A stretch of DNA of 53,600 bases. It comes from a virus. Taxonomy: Duplodnaviria; Caudoviricetes. Both the position numbers and the translations under genes were made by a program. The stretch is taken from positions 1-53,600 of the IMG/VR virus record IMGVR_UViG_3300030708_001013; one strand, 5' to 3'. The notes under the pieces were generated by a model. It did no database searches. It was not told the DNA's origin and was given only the letters and a program-made list of their open reading frames with translations. Within the stretch, counting starts at the first letter, position 1, and each line of letters opens with the position of its first letter. This document shows positions 37,287-45,508 of this stretch, in pieces.

Positions 37287-37328
37287 ATATAGATGCCTAT
37301 CAATGTTTGGTAGGTGTCTATGCTTTTT
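37287..37328 (+). terminator. Intrinsic terminator
   Basis: tatagatgcctatcaa-tgt-ttggtaggtgtctatg-cttttt. Confidence 0.75.
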
Positions 37329-37429
37329 ATATTGCGGGATAACGCAGAAGAGCTAGAGATTTTTTTAATAATAATATTCGGGAACAACGTTCGCAGTGCA
37401 TAATATAGCGGATTAGACATGATGAGATT

Positions 37430-37618
37430 ATGCAAATATTTAAGGAGATAATTATGGAAAGAGTAGTATGTTGTATCTGTAATGTAGACCTATCAGATAG
37501 GGATGACCTAGAGAATAGAATGTGTTACAGCTGTGTTGTCGGAGATCCGATGGAATTAGATAATCATCTTATAAATATAGGTGGATTAGACATAATGATG
37601 AGAAAGGATGTACAATGA
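37430..37618 (+). CDS. Small zinc-finger-like protein
   Basis: CCIC...CYSC. The AAGGAG RBS suggests the real start is MERVV. Confidence 0.65.
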   Translation: MQIFKEIIMERVVCCICNVDLSDRDDLENRMCYSCVVGDPMELDNHLINIGGLDIMMRKDVQ

Positions 37619-37893
37619 AAGTACAAGAGATAAATACTGCAGAGTATGATGCTATCAAAGATAAAGCTGTTGATATGTCACAAGACCAGTTGTTAGATGA
37701 ATTTGCACATTTAACAATACGAGAGAATGAACTCGAAGGTAAAGTAAAAGATATGCAAAAGGATATAGAGTTTGCAAATAAATTGTTTAAATCTATTAGT
37801 AGGAAATTAGAATATGTATTGACATATCTAACTGATGAACAGAAGACTGTCATCGAATCCAACTGGCAAAAACGTAATAAGATAGACCAATAG
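37615..37893 (+). CDS. Coiled-coil hypothetical protein
   Basis: 92 aa, ATGA-coupled to the upstream gene. Confidence 0.7.
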   Translation: MKVQEINTAEYDAIKDKAVDMSQDQLLDEFAHLTIRENELEGKVKDMQKDIEFANKLFKSISRKLEYVLTYLTDEQKTVIESNWQKRNKIDQ

Positions 37894-37908
37894 GTCTGTC
37901 TTTCTTTC
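37879..37908 (+). terminator. Intrinsic terminator
   Basis: aagatagacc-aata-ggtctgtctt-tctttc. Confidence 0.7.
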
Positions 37909-37914
37909 ATAGGT

Positions 37915-37970
37915 AAAGCTTTCGCTTTCAGCGGAAAGCTTTTAAACGTAATCTTTAATGGTTTATAATT
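37915..37970 (+). promoter_or_regulatory. Hairpin + AAACGTAATC-N6-GGT element, copy 2
   Basis: aaagcttt-cgc-tttca-gcg-g-aaagcttt, then aaacgtaatc (37944-37953) tttaat ggt ttataat. Confidence 0.6.
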
Positions 37971-37974
37971 GCAA

Positions 37975-38570
37975 TATAGACCAGCACTGGCTGAATAAAC
38001 GTGTGGATAAGTTAGCGTTAAGGCACTTGGACTTGAGCAATGTACAAATGTATGAGCAGAGAGTGATAGGTACGAGTAGAATAGAAAATTTCTATAATTC
38101 CTCGAAAGTTACAGGTAACAGAATATTCCTGTGTGCAACTTATTAAAGTATGAGAGTAATCTCATGCTTTAATTTTTTATACTATAGTATCAGCAAAGTA
38201 TCTAGAGCTGTATAAATATGATAGATACGGGTAGCTACCAGCTTGAGTGGTAGCTTGGTTTGACTGTCGCCAAAGGAGATTCTAAATATATAAATAGGGG
38301 AGCGGCACGGAGACGAGCAGAAATCAAGATGCGTTTGTAGTTGGCATACGTCGACAAGTAACTGATGATGTAATCGATTCCTACCCCAGGTATATTTAGA
38401 ATACAGACAGTCTCTATTTTTTTGATAGCTATGGTTAAACGAACCATTCCCGAATCCCGATATGGAGCAGGACTACACGTTCATGTTTGTAACCTTAAGT
38501 GATGAATCATTCTGAACAGTATAATGTTATTCATTGGCTAGTGTAGTAGGGAAGTCTATAGCTATCATTT
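37975..38570 (+). ncRNA. Cluster of putative structured non-coding RNAs
   Basis: Nested long-range inverted repeats: ataagtt/aacttat, gactgtc/gacagtc, attctaaatata/tatatttagaat, tgatagctat/atagctatca, actacac/gtgtagt. A terminator lies at 38144-38178. No convincing ORF. Confidence 0.5.
38144..38178 (+). terminator. Intrinsic terminator
   Basis: taaagtatgaga-gtaa-tctcatgcttta-atttttt. Confidence 0.75.
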
Positions 38571-38604
38571 ATTTATTAACAAGTTATTAACAAGGAGAAA
38601 AATT

Positions 38605-38835
38605 ATGAGTGTTCAATACGGACATTTTTTAACAGTATTAGATTATGAAAATGCACAGACTTATGTCTATAGATTTACTAAAGATATGTATGATCATTAC
38701 AATCAAATAAATGGTTGGGAAGATTTAATCTTTGAAAAATTAGGATTCAGAGAAAAAGATATTCATTGGATGTGCAATACATCAACTAAAATAGAAAGTA
38801 TAACCGAACCTATAACCTGGAGTGTAAATGATTAA
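38605..38835 (+). CDS. Early hypothetical protein
   Basis: 76 aa with AAGGAG RBS. Confidence 0.75.
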   Translation: MSVQYGHFLTVLDYENAQTYVYRFTKDMYDHYNQINGWEDLIFEKLGFREKDIHWMCNTSTKIESITEPITWSVND

Positions 38836-39238
38836 CTATATATTATTGATACCATTACTAATACATATAGAATCTTCAGGTAGAGATTATGTAGTAGGAG
38901 ATAATGGAACAGCTGTAGGTTGCCTACAGATAACAGCAGGAGTAATTAAAGATGTTAATAGAATATATAAGACAGATTATACGAAAGAAGATTGCTATAA
39001 TAGGAAGACTTCCTCGGATATTTGCATTAAGTATATATCGTATTGGCTTGAGAAAGCAGTACAAAGAGAACAAGCAGCGATATACAACCCTTACGAAATG
39101 GCTTGTCGCATCTGGAATGGTGGACCCAGGGGATACCAGAAAGAGTCGACAGAAGTTTACTGGGAAAAAATTAAACGTAGAGCAAAGGAGGTAGGAACTT
39201 ATGATGTTGCCAACTATAAAGTTAGTAATGATAGATGA
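38828..39238 (+). CDS. Lysozyme-fold muramidase/transglycosylase (i-type/destabilase-like)
   Basis: IESSG...GDNG.AVGCLQI...RIWNGGPRG....T..YW.K, with a hydrophobic N-terminus. Confidence 0.8.
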   Translation: MINYILLIPLLIHIESSGRDYVVGDNGTAVGCLQITAGVIKDVNRIYKTDYTKEDCYNRKTSSDICIKYISYWLEKAVQREQAAIYNPYEMACRIWNGGPRGYQKESTEVYWEKIKRRAKEVGTYDVANYKVSNDR

Positions 39239-39500
39239 TAGCAGAACAAGAATTGAAGCTGATATGTCTATAGTAAGTAACAAAGATTGGTCTAAAAGTA
39301 TAACAGTAGAACATAACTACTATAAAGTTTTAGAGGGTTTATTAAAATACCATAGAGAAAGCACTGCTAAAATACAGGATTGCTTTCCCTTCCTAACTGC
39401 AGATGAAAGGGAGTTTATGCTGACAGGCTTAACACCCGAAGAGCAAGAAAGAATATTTAAAAGCGATGAAGATATTCTGATGGGTTCTGAATCTGCATAG
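39201..39500 (+). CDS. Conserved phage hypothetical protein
   Basis: GGAGG upstream. IQDCFPFLTADEREFMLTGLTPEE motif is common in phage early proteins. Confidence 0.75.
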   Translation: MMLPTIKLVMIDDSRTRIEADMSIVSNKDWSKSITVEHNYYKVLEGLLKYHRESTAKIQDCFPFLTADEREFMLTGLTPEEQERIFKSDEDILMGSESA

Positions 39501-39622
39501 TCGCATTGTGATACTTAACCGAGGCAGCGGAATGTTATGAGCATTGTAAATCTGTCCAAACCTGCAGTGAGTAGTCTATGATAAAATAGGTCCACATGGG
39601 TAGTAAAAATAAGTATTGAAGT

Positions 39623-39693
39623 TAGCTATATAGCGGGTAATTTTTAGAATGAAAAATTACAAGAAGATCAGCGATGTCTTCGCTATATAGCTA
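39623..39693. other. Branched inverted repeat between convergent genes (terminator/processing site)
   Basis: tagctatatagcg (39623-39635) pairs with cgctatatagcta (39681-39693) and encloses the hairpin gtaattttt/aaaaattac. Confidence 0.65.
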
Positions 39694-39696
39694 CAG

Positions 39697-40386
39697 TTAT
39701 TCTGAAGCAGAGTCAAGTTTATTTTTAGAATTATTTTCACGAAGATTAGGAGATAGACCTGTAAACTGTATGTCTTGTACTTCAACATAATCTGCTTTGT
39801 CTATTTCTTTTTTACGCAGACCCATCTCAACATTGATTACTAAACCTTTATCAGTCTTATCTTTTTTGTCTGAATACTTATCGGGATCAAGAGCTTTTAA
39901 TTGTACCTCTAATAATTTATCAGAATATTTTTTTCTATATCCTACTATTTGTCCTAAATGATTTACCATAGGTTCATCAACACCTTCAACAGCACGTTCA
40001 TATAATGCTTCTTCTGCACCATGTAATCTTCTATTTTTACGTTCTTCTTTCGCAAGTAAATATAATTTTTTTACTGCTTTACATTTGCGTAGTGCTAGAG
40101 ATTCAAAGGTAGACCAACTATCGAATCCTGCTTTGGAAGTTACAACCAACATCTTACCACCAACTGCAATACCTTCTAATGCACTACGAATACAACGTCT
40201 ATCTTTTTTGCATTCATCGAATACAGGTAACTCATCTTCTGCACGATTTAGATCCAACCAGGAGACATCCTCTGCAGATTTCATTCTGTCAATAAACTCG
40301 TAAGATGATTCGGGTATTGGTTCTTCACCTGATAAATATACTCTAACACCTTTTTCATATCTATATGGATTTGGTAATTCATTCAT
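39697..40386 (-). CDS. terS: Terminase small subunit-like protein
   Basis: AEEALYERAVEGVDEP...G..VGYRKKYSDKLLEVQLKALDPDKY is a typical small-terminase C-terminal pattern. Confidence 0.72.
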   Translation of the reverse strand: MNELPNPYRYEKGVRVYLSGEEPIPESSYEFIDRMKSAEDVSWLDLNRAEDELPVFDECKKDRRCIRSALEGIAVGGKMLVVTSKAGFDSWSTFESLALRKCKAVKKLYLLAKEERKNRRLHGAEEALYERAVEGVDEPMVNHLGQIVGYRKKYSDKLLEVQLKALDPDKYSDKKDKTDKGLVINVEMGLRKKEIDKADYVEVQDIQFTGLSPNLRENNSKNKLDSASE

Positions 40387-40480
40387 AACTAATAATTAGA
40401 ATTTAATATAACAAATGTAAATAATAAATAAACGTTAATAAACGTTAGTGTGGTGGATAATGATTTAACCAGTGGTTAAA

Positions 40481-40560
40481 AAAAGTTTATTCTTCCTGCT
40501 ACTTCTCGCTTTTTTTCAGAGCTAAACTTTTAAACATTATCCTGCATGGTTAAATAATTT
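40481..40560 (+). promoter_or_regulatory. Hairpin + AAACATTATC-N6-GGT element, copy 3
   Basis: aaaagttta...cgc-(T run)-cagagc-taaactttt, then aaacattatc (40532-40541) ctgcat ggt taaataat; upstream of the RBS of the gene at 40586. Confidence 0.55.
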
Positions 40561-40585
40561 TAATATATATATAAAGGAGATAACG

Positions 40586-41653
40586 ATGATAACTACTATT
40601 AATCATGACCAACTCAAAAGATGTTTATTGCTTTTGTGGATGGCAGATATACCAGCATGTATTATTGGTTCTGTGGGTACAGGCAAGACTACTGCTGTAG
40701 AGAATATGGTTAAAGAACTAGATTCTAAAATGGAAGATAAGTTCCACTTGTGGAAAGTATTTTTAGGTTTGGTGGATGCTACTGACATTGGTGGTATACC
40801 TAACAAATCTGAAGATGGTAAGATTGATTATATGCCACCAAGATGTTTACCTTTTGATAGTAATGATAAAGGTATTATATTTGGAGACGAGTATGATCGT
40901 GCAGCACCAGATGTACAAAATGCCTTCAATCAAATATTGTTAGGTAAAGAAATACATAACAATGTCATTAGTGATAATGCGTATGTTGTTCTTGCAATGA
41001 ATGGAGAATCAGATACTTATACTACACCATTATCTAAAGCAGCTAGAAACAGAGTATGTACTTTATATTTATCTAGCGATGCATCAGGCAGTCAACAAGA
41101 TTGGGATGACTGGGCTAGAGAAAATAATATCAATGAAACAATCAGGGGGTTCGCAAAATACAGACCTAATCTTATTGTAAATGATTCTGAATTTACAGAG
41201 CAAGCATTGATTACACCAAGATCCAGAGATATGGCTGGTAGAATATTAGATACATTAGAAAAAGTTAAATTTAAAACTGATGATATTGTATTCCCTTGTT
41301 TAGCAGGAGTTATTGGTACTAGTGCAGCTCATGAGTTAATGCATTATATTGAAGAACGTGATACTATTCCTGACATCAAACATGTATTAGATAATCCTAA
41401 AGAGTATATAGAATACTTTGATAGACCTGATCTAGTATATATAATTTGTATTGGTGTTGAGGGGTATGTTGATCGTATAAAGAATGAAGAACAAAGAGAA
41501 GCAGCTGCAAGACAAGCTGTTAGTTTCTTTACTGAATACATGTCACCAGAAATACAAATGTGGGCTGTACAAAACATTGTCAAAAAGAATGCAGACATTG
41601 TTACAAGTAAAGAATACAAGAAGTTTTTCAATGAAACTAAAGAATTAATATAA
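40586..41653 (+). CDS. MoxR-like AAA+ ATPase
   Basis: Walker A GSVGTGKT, Walker B IFGDEYDRA, arginine finger ARNR, and TPRS sensor. Confidence 0.9.
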   Translation: MITTINHDQLKRCLLLLWMADIPACIIGSVGTGKTTAVENMVKELDSKMEDKFHLWKVFLGLVDATDIGGIPNKSEDGKIDYMPPRCLPFDSNDKGIIFGDEYDRAAPDVQNAFNQILLGKEIHNNVISDNAYVVLAMNGESDTYTTPLSKAARNRVCTLYLSSDASGSQQDWDDWARENNINETIRGFAKYRPNLIVNDSEFTEQALITPRSRDMAGRILDTLEKVKFKTDDIVFPCLAGVIGTSAAHELMHYIEERDTIPDIKHVLDNPKEYIEYFDRPDLVYIICIGVEGYVDRIKNEEQREAAARQAVSFFTEYMSPEIQMWAVQNIVKKNADIVTSKEYKKFFNETKELI

Positions 41654-41664
41654 AGGAGGTTCAT

Positions 41665-42531
41665 ATGTCACAAGCTGGAAAGTTAGTGCAAAAGTTATTG
41701 CTAGTAAAGTTTAACGTATCTTATGATACAGGATACAGATCGTCTAAAGAAATGGTAGAAACATTATCACAACATACGGAAGCACAAGCACATTGTATTC
41801 GTAGTGGATTTTCTATGTTCTGTAAGACTACTATGAGTCCATTTACTACAGCAATAAGTAGAGCTAGACAACACTACCAAATGGGTACATTACCTTGGGA
41901 AGAACGTGGCTGGCGTGTAATACCTGTTAATAAATGGCAGGACTTCAAAGATGAAATGGATGATCTTATTTCAGATATTAAAGACCAATTTACAAATGTT
42001 TTTGATAAAGGATATGATCATTTGAAAGATACCTTTGAAGAGAATGTAGGTAATCTCGAAATAGATTTTCCAAGCAAGGAAGAACTAGATGAGAAGTTTT
42101 GGGTAGATATTGATATTGGTCAAATGGCTAGTTGCGATGATATTCGTATACAAGGTATTGATCAAGCAGAGCGTAATAAGATTCGTAGTGATATGCAAAA
42201 ACAATATTCAGAAAAGTTTAATACTGGACTGAATGAACTCGCTACTAAATTAGTTACTGCTGCTGAAGATATATCTAATCGTGCATCTGATCCTGATCAG
42301 AAAGGCAAGAAGTATACTAAAAGTTTAAGTAATATTACTGAACTTGCAGATACTGTAGAGGGTCTAAACATAACAGGTAATGAAGCTATAGCTAAATCAT
42401 GTAAACAAATTAGAGAAAATATATCTGTATATTCTGCAGACTCTATAAAGAGTACAGCTTTAGTTAGAGATAATGTAATAAAAGCAACAGCTAATATCAA
42501 AGATGAGCTGGCTAGTCTGGAGATTGTGTAA
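41665..42531 (+). CDS. Helical protein of the MoxR/VWA triad (DUF3150-like)
   Basis: TLPWEERGWRVIP and DFPSKEEL..KF motifs; sits between the MoxR and VWA genes. Confidence 0.65.
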   Translation: MSQAGKLVQKLLLVKFNVSYDTGYRSSKEMVETLSQHTEAQAHCIRSGFSMFCKTTMSPFTTAISRARQHYQMGTLPWEERGWRVIPVNKWQDFKDEMDDLISDIKDQFTNVFDKGYDHLKDTFEENVGNLEIDFPSKEELDEKFWVDIDIGQMASCDDIRIQGIDQAERNKIRSDMQKQYSEKFNTGLNELATKLVTAAEDISNRASDPDQKGKKYTKSLSNITELADTVEGLNITGNEAIAKSCKQIRENISVYSADSIKSTALVRDNVIKATANIKDELASLEIV

Positions 42532-43847
42532 TGCAAACAGAAGCTAGAAAACATTTATCAAAGGGTTTGATGAAATTAATTCGTCAGACCCCTTTCTATA
42601 CCTCACTTGTATTATCTCATGAGATTATTGAAGACCCTAAACTAGATTCTTTCATGGCAACAAATGGTAAGAATTTAATATTTAGTGAAAAAATTCTTCA
42701 GTTACCTGTGAGTGAGATGTGTGAGATACTCAAACATGAAGCTATGCATGTAGCAAATCAGCATCACATACGAATGGCAGAGTTAGAAAAAACTCATATG
42801 AATAAAGTTAAAGCATTAGGTGTTAGTTTTAGAATGACATTTAATGTAGCTGCTGATTTAGCTATCAATGGTATCTTAAATGATTATTGGTGCTGGAAAG
42901 ATACAACATTTATTAAAGATGGTTGTATACCAGGCAAATATCCTTTTCATGAATATCCTAGATTACAAACTACTGAATTTTATTTTAATAAGTTGCTGGA
43001 TGATTATGAATCAGGAGAGATAGATGATGAGACCGCAAGTCAGATGGAAGCTGAAGATGGTCATTTTCTAGCATCAGAAGTGCAAATAGATCGCAAGACG
43101 AGTGCTAAAGAACAAGAAGTTCAAAGTGAAAAAGCTGTCGCTAAAGCAGTTTTAACGCATAAGCAAGAGCAAGAAAGAAATAAAGACAATAGTCCTTATC
43201 AGAGAGCTGCAGGTCGTGGAGATAATATTATAAATAAAGTATTAGAAACATTTGAATCTGACTCTGATCTTAACTGGCGTAGTGAACTGCGTAATTTCTT
43301 TACGCAAACTACAAAAGATAAATACACTTATCGTAAAGTTAATAGAAGAAATCATGATAATGATTTAATACTTCCTAGCAAATACAATAAACAACCAAAG
43401 GATATTGTATTTTTAGTAGATACTTCTGGATCTATGGATGATGAGTGTGTTGCTTTAGTTTATGATCACATTGAACAAATTATTAAAGTATCACCAAATA
43501 CAAGATTACATGTAGCACACTTTGATGATGTTGTATTTGAAGATAGTGTTAAAGAATATACTAAAAGTAATATTCCAATTAATAAACAAGATAGAGAAAG
43601 AGTAGGTTGTGGTGGTACACAGTTTATACCAGCATTAGATTATTCCAATAAACAAAATGCATCAGGTTGTATTATGTTAACAGATATGATGCCAATGGAT
43701 GGTAATTCTTTTAGGAATTATAAAATCAAAATACCTACACTTTTTGTTTCAGTTATGAAGTATCAATATGCTAATCTAGATATAGATTCGTATTGTGTAG
43801 AGCCTGATTGGGCTAATGTAGTGTATGTTAAAAAGGAGAAACAATGA
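42531..43847 (+). CDS. DUF2201-type metallopeptidase + VWA domain protein
   Basis: ATNG, LKHEAMHVANQHHIR (HExxH), NVAADLAIN, MIDAS motif VDTSGSM, GGTQF and LTD. Confidence 0.9.
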   Translation: MQTEARKHLSKGLMKLIRQTPFYTSLVLSHEIIEDPKLDSFMATNGKNLIFSEKILQLPVSEMCEILKHEAMHVANQHHIRMAELEKTHMNKVKALGVSFRMTFNVAADLAINGILNDYWCWKDTTFIKDGCIPGKYPFHEYPRLQTTEFYFNKLLDDYESGEIDDETASQMEAEDGHFLASEVQIDRKTSAKEQEVQSEKAVAKAVLTHKQEQERNKDNSPYQRAAGRGDNIINKVLETFESDSDLNWRSELRNFFTQTTKDKYTYRKVNRRNHDNDLILPSKYNKQPKDIVFLVDTSGSMDDECVALVYDHIEQIIKVSPNTRLHVAHFDDVVFEDSVKEYTKSNIPINKQDRERVGCGGTQFIPALDYSNKQNASGCIMLTDMMPMDGNSFRNYKIKIPTLFVSVMKYQYANLDIDSYCVEPDWANVVYVKKEKQ

Positions 43848-44785
43848 CAGAAAAGTTTACAAATATAACTGGTCTATCTGAATCTATTGCTAATGCAGTT
43901 AAATCATTTGCAAGTGAATATGATAAGGTAGGTTGGAAATCTGTAACAACTCTAATTGATTCCCCAAGATGTCAGTTACTTACAGAACGACATGGAGATA
44001 AAGTCACAGAAGATGTTAGTGATTTGCTTTGGTCGTTCTTTGGTAACATGGGACACTTAATTGCAGAACGTAATACTGATGCTAGTTCAATAGCTGAAAG
44101 AAGATTTATATATAAACATGGAGATAAAGAGATTAGTTTTAAACCTGATCTACTTGAAAGAGATCCAAATGATTTTAATTCTTTTGAATTAAATGATTTT
44201 AAATTTACTTCTGTTTATATATTAAAGTCTGCAATACAAGGTAACCCAAAAAAAGAATGGGTTAATCAAATGAACTTTTATGTTTGGTGTTTGAAGAAAC
44301 TTGGCTTTAATGTAAACAAAATTAAGTTACATATTATAGCTAGAGATTGGAGATTATCTGAACTTAAAAGAGAATACAATTATCCACCTCAAGCATGTGC
44401 TGTAGTAGAAGTACCCATATGGGATGACGATACTGCTGAAGCATATTGTTTAGGTAGAATAAAATTGTATGAAGATGTAGAACATTTAGAAGATGATGAG
44501 TTGCCTAGATGTTCTGATACAGAAAGATGGGCTGACCCTAATAGATGGGCAGTAGTTAAGAAGACAGGTAAAGTTAGTAAAAACACAGGTTATAGAACAG
44601 CTTTACCTAAAGCAGGTTCCTTTCTTACAAGAGTTGAGGCACAGCAATTTATTTCTAAAAGAAAAGATAAAGATGTGCTTGAACTTGAGTTCAGAAAAGG
44701 AGAGAGTAGACGTTGCAGTAATGGTTACTGCAAAGCAGCCGCTTGGTGTAATCAATTTCAAAAAGAAGTTGCACCAGCATTTTAA
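43844..44785 (+). CDS. PD-(D/E)XK Cas4-like recombination exonuclease
   Basis: SVTTLI, G..GH, KPDL...DFKFTS, QMNFY, and a C-terminal Cys cluster RC...YC....WC.QF. Confidence 0.85.
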   Translation: MTEKFTNITGLSESIANAVKSFASEYDKVGWKSVTTLIDSPRCQLLTERHGDKVTEDVSDLLWSFFGNMGHLIAERNTDASSIAERRFIYKHGDKEISFKPDLLERDPNDFNSFELNDFKFTSVYILKSAIQGNPKKEWVNQMNFYVWCLKKLGFNVNKIKLHIIARDWRLSELKREYNYPPQACAVVEVPIWDDDTAEAYCLGRIKLYEDVEHLEDDELPRCSDTERWADPNRWAVVKKTGKVSKNTGYRTALPKAGSFLTRVEAQQFISKRKDKDVLELEFRKGESRRCSNGYCKAAAWCNQFQKEVAPAF

Positions 44786-44801
44786 ATAAAGGAATAATAT
44801 T

Positions 44802-45188
44802 ATGTCTATAGAACAAGAGTATATTGACAAGATCGAAGAGATCAAACAGCATCAAGAAAAATTAACAGATTGGGAAAAAGGTTTTATATTTGGAGATGGA
44901 GATTCCACACCAATAGATACTAGACCTAATCTATCTATATCACAGAAAGCTATTGTTGATAGAGTTTATCAACAAAGAGTTCAAGGTGTTAACCAAGAAG
45001 CTGTTACAGAAGTAACAATGAATAATGACAGAGTTCGTGCATTAAAGACAGAAACTAATCAGTTTGCTGTTCATATAGATGGTAATGTAGTTGGACCTAC
45101 AGTATCTCAAAGAGAAGCTGTAGCTGTTGTTGGATGGTTATCTGATAGTATTGATAAACTATCACCTAAAGAAACAGAAGCATTCTAA
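44802..45188 (+). CDS. Hypothetical protein
   Basis: 128 aa with LTDWEKGFI...LSISQKAIV motif. Confidence 0.75.
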   Translation: MSIEQEYIDKIEEIKQHQEKLTDWEKGFIFGDGDSTPIDTRPNLSISQKAIVDRVYQQRVQGVNQEAVTEVTMNNDRVRALKTETNQFAVHIDGNVVGPTVSQREAVAVVGWLSDSIDKLSPKETEAF

Positions 45189-45508
45189 TGAGTGATACAA
45201 TGCTGTATATTGAAACAACTTCTGATACAGCATTAAATATAACAGAAGATATTGTTCATCTTCAAATTGCAAAAAATGCAATTAATAATTTATCACATAT
45301 CGCTAGTAAAGATTATGATGGTAGGTTTATTAGTAAAGATGAGCGATATCAAATTGTTAAATTAATTAATGTTGCTGAAAGAAGATTGCGTGAAGAGTTA
45401 CGAAAGGAACATATACAACCAACAGAGAAGAAAGTATATGAAAGTCTTCGTAAGAGTGTTAAAGAAGAATTAAAGAAAGAGGGTTATAAATTCAATGAAA
45501 ACTTCTGA
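45188..45508 (+). CDS. Hypothetical protein
   Basis: 106 aa, TAATG-coupled to the upstream gene. Confidence 0.7.
   Translation: MSDTMLYIETTSDTALNITEDIVHLQIAKNAINNLSHIASKDYDGRFISKDERYQIVKLINVAERRLREELRKEHIQPTEKKVYESLRKSVKEELKKEGYKFNENF

Noticed and set aside
36968-37910. Minus-strand ORFs 36974, 36985, 37205 and 37569, and the TTG start at 36968
   Set aside because: The minus ORFs are antisense to RBS-supported plus genes; AAGGAG points to the ATG at 37001.
38320-38370. Hammerhead ribozyme (CTGATGA at 38362 with GAAA upstream; also CTGATGA near 36593)
   Set aside because: I could not build stems I-III with a valid NUH cleavage triplet at either site.
38295-38390. tRNA or tmRNA (GGGG...TCGATT...CCCCA)
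   Set aside because: No convincing acceptor stem, D arm or canonical T arm; retained only as an unknown structured RNA.
37958-38447. ORFs 37958..38146 (+) and 38235..38447 (-)
   Set aside because: No RBS; the first starts inside the promoter-like motif, and both overlap strongly structured sequence.
43844-44785. CRISPR-Cas system (Cas4-like gene)
   Set aside because: No repeat-spacer array or other cas genes seen. The context near ERF and DnaB indicates a recombination exonuclease.
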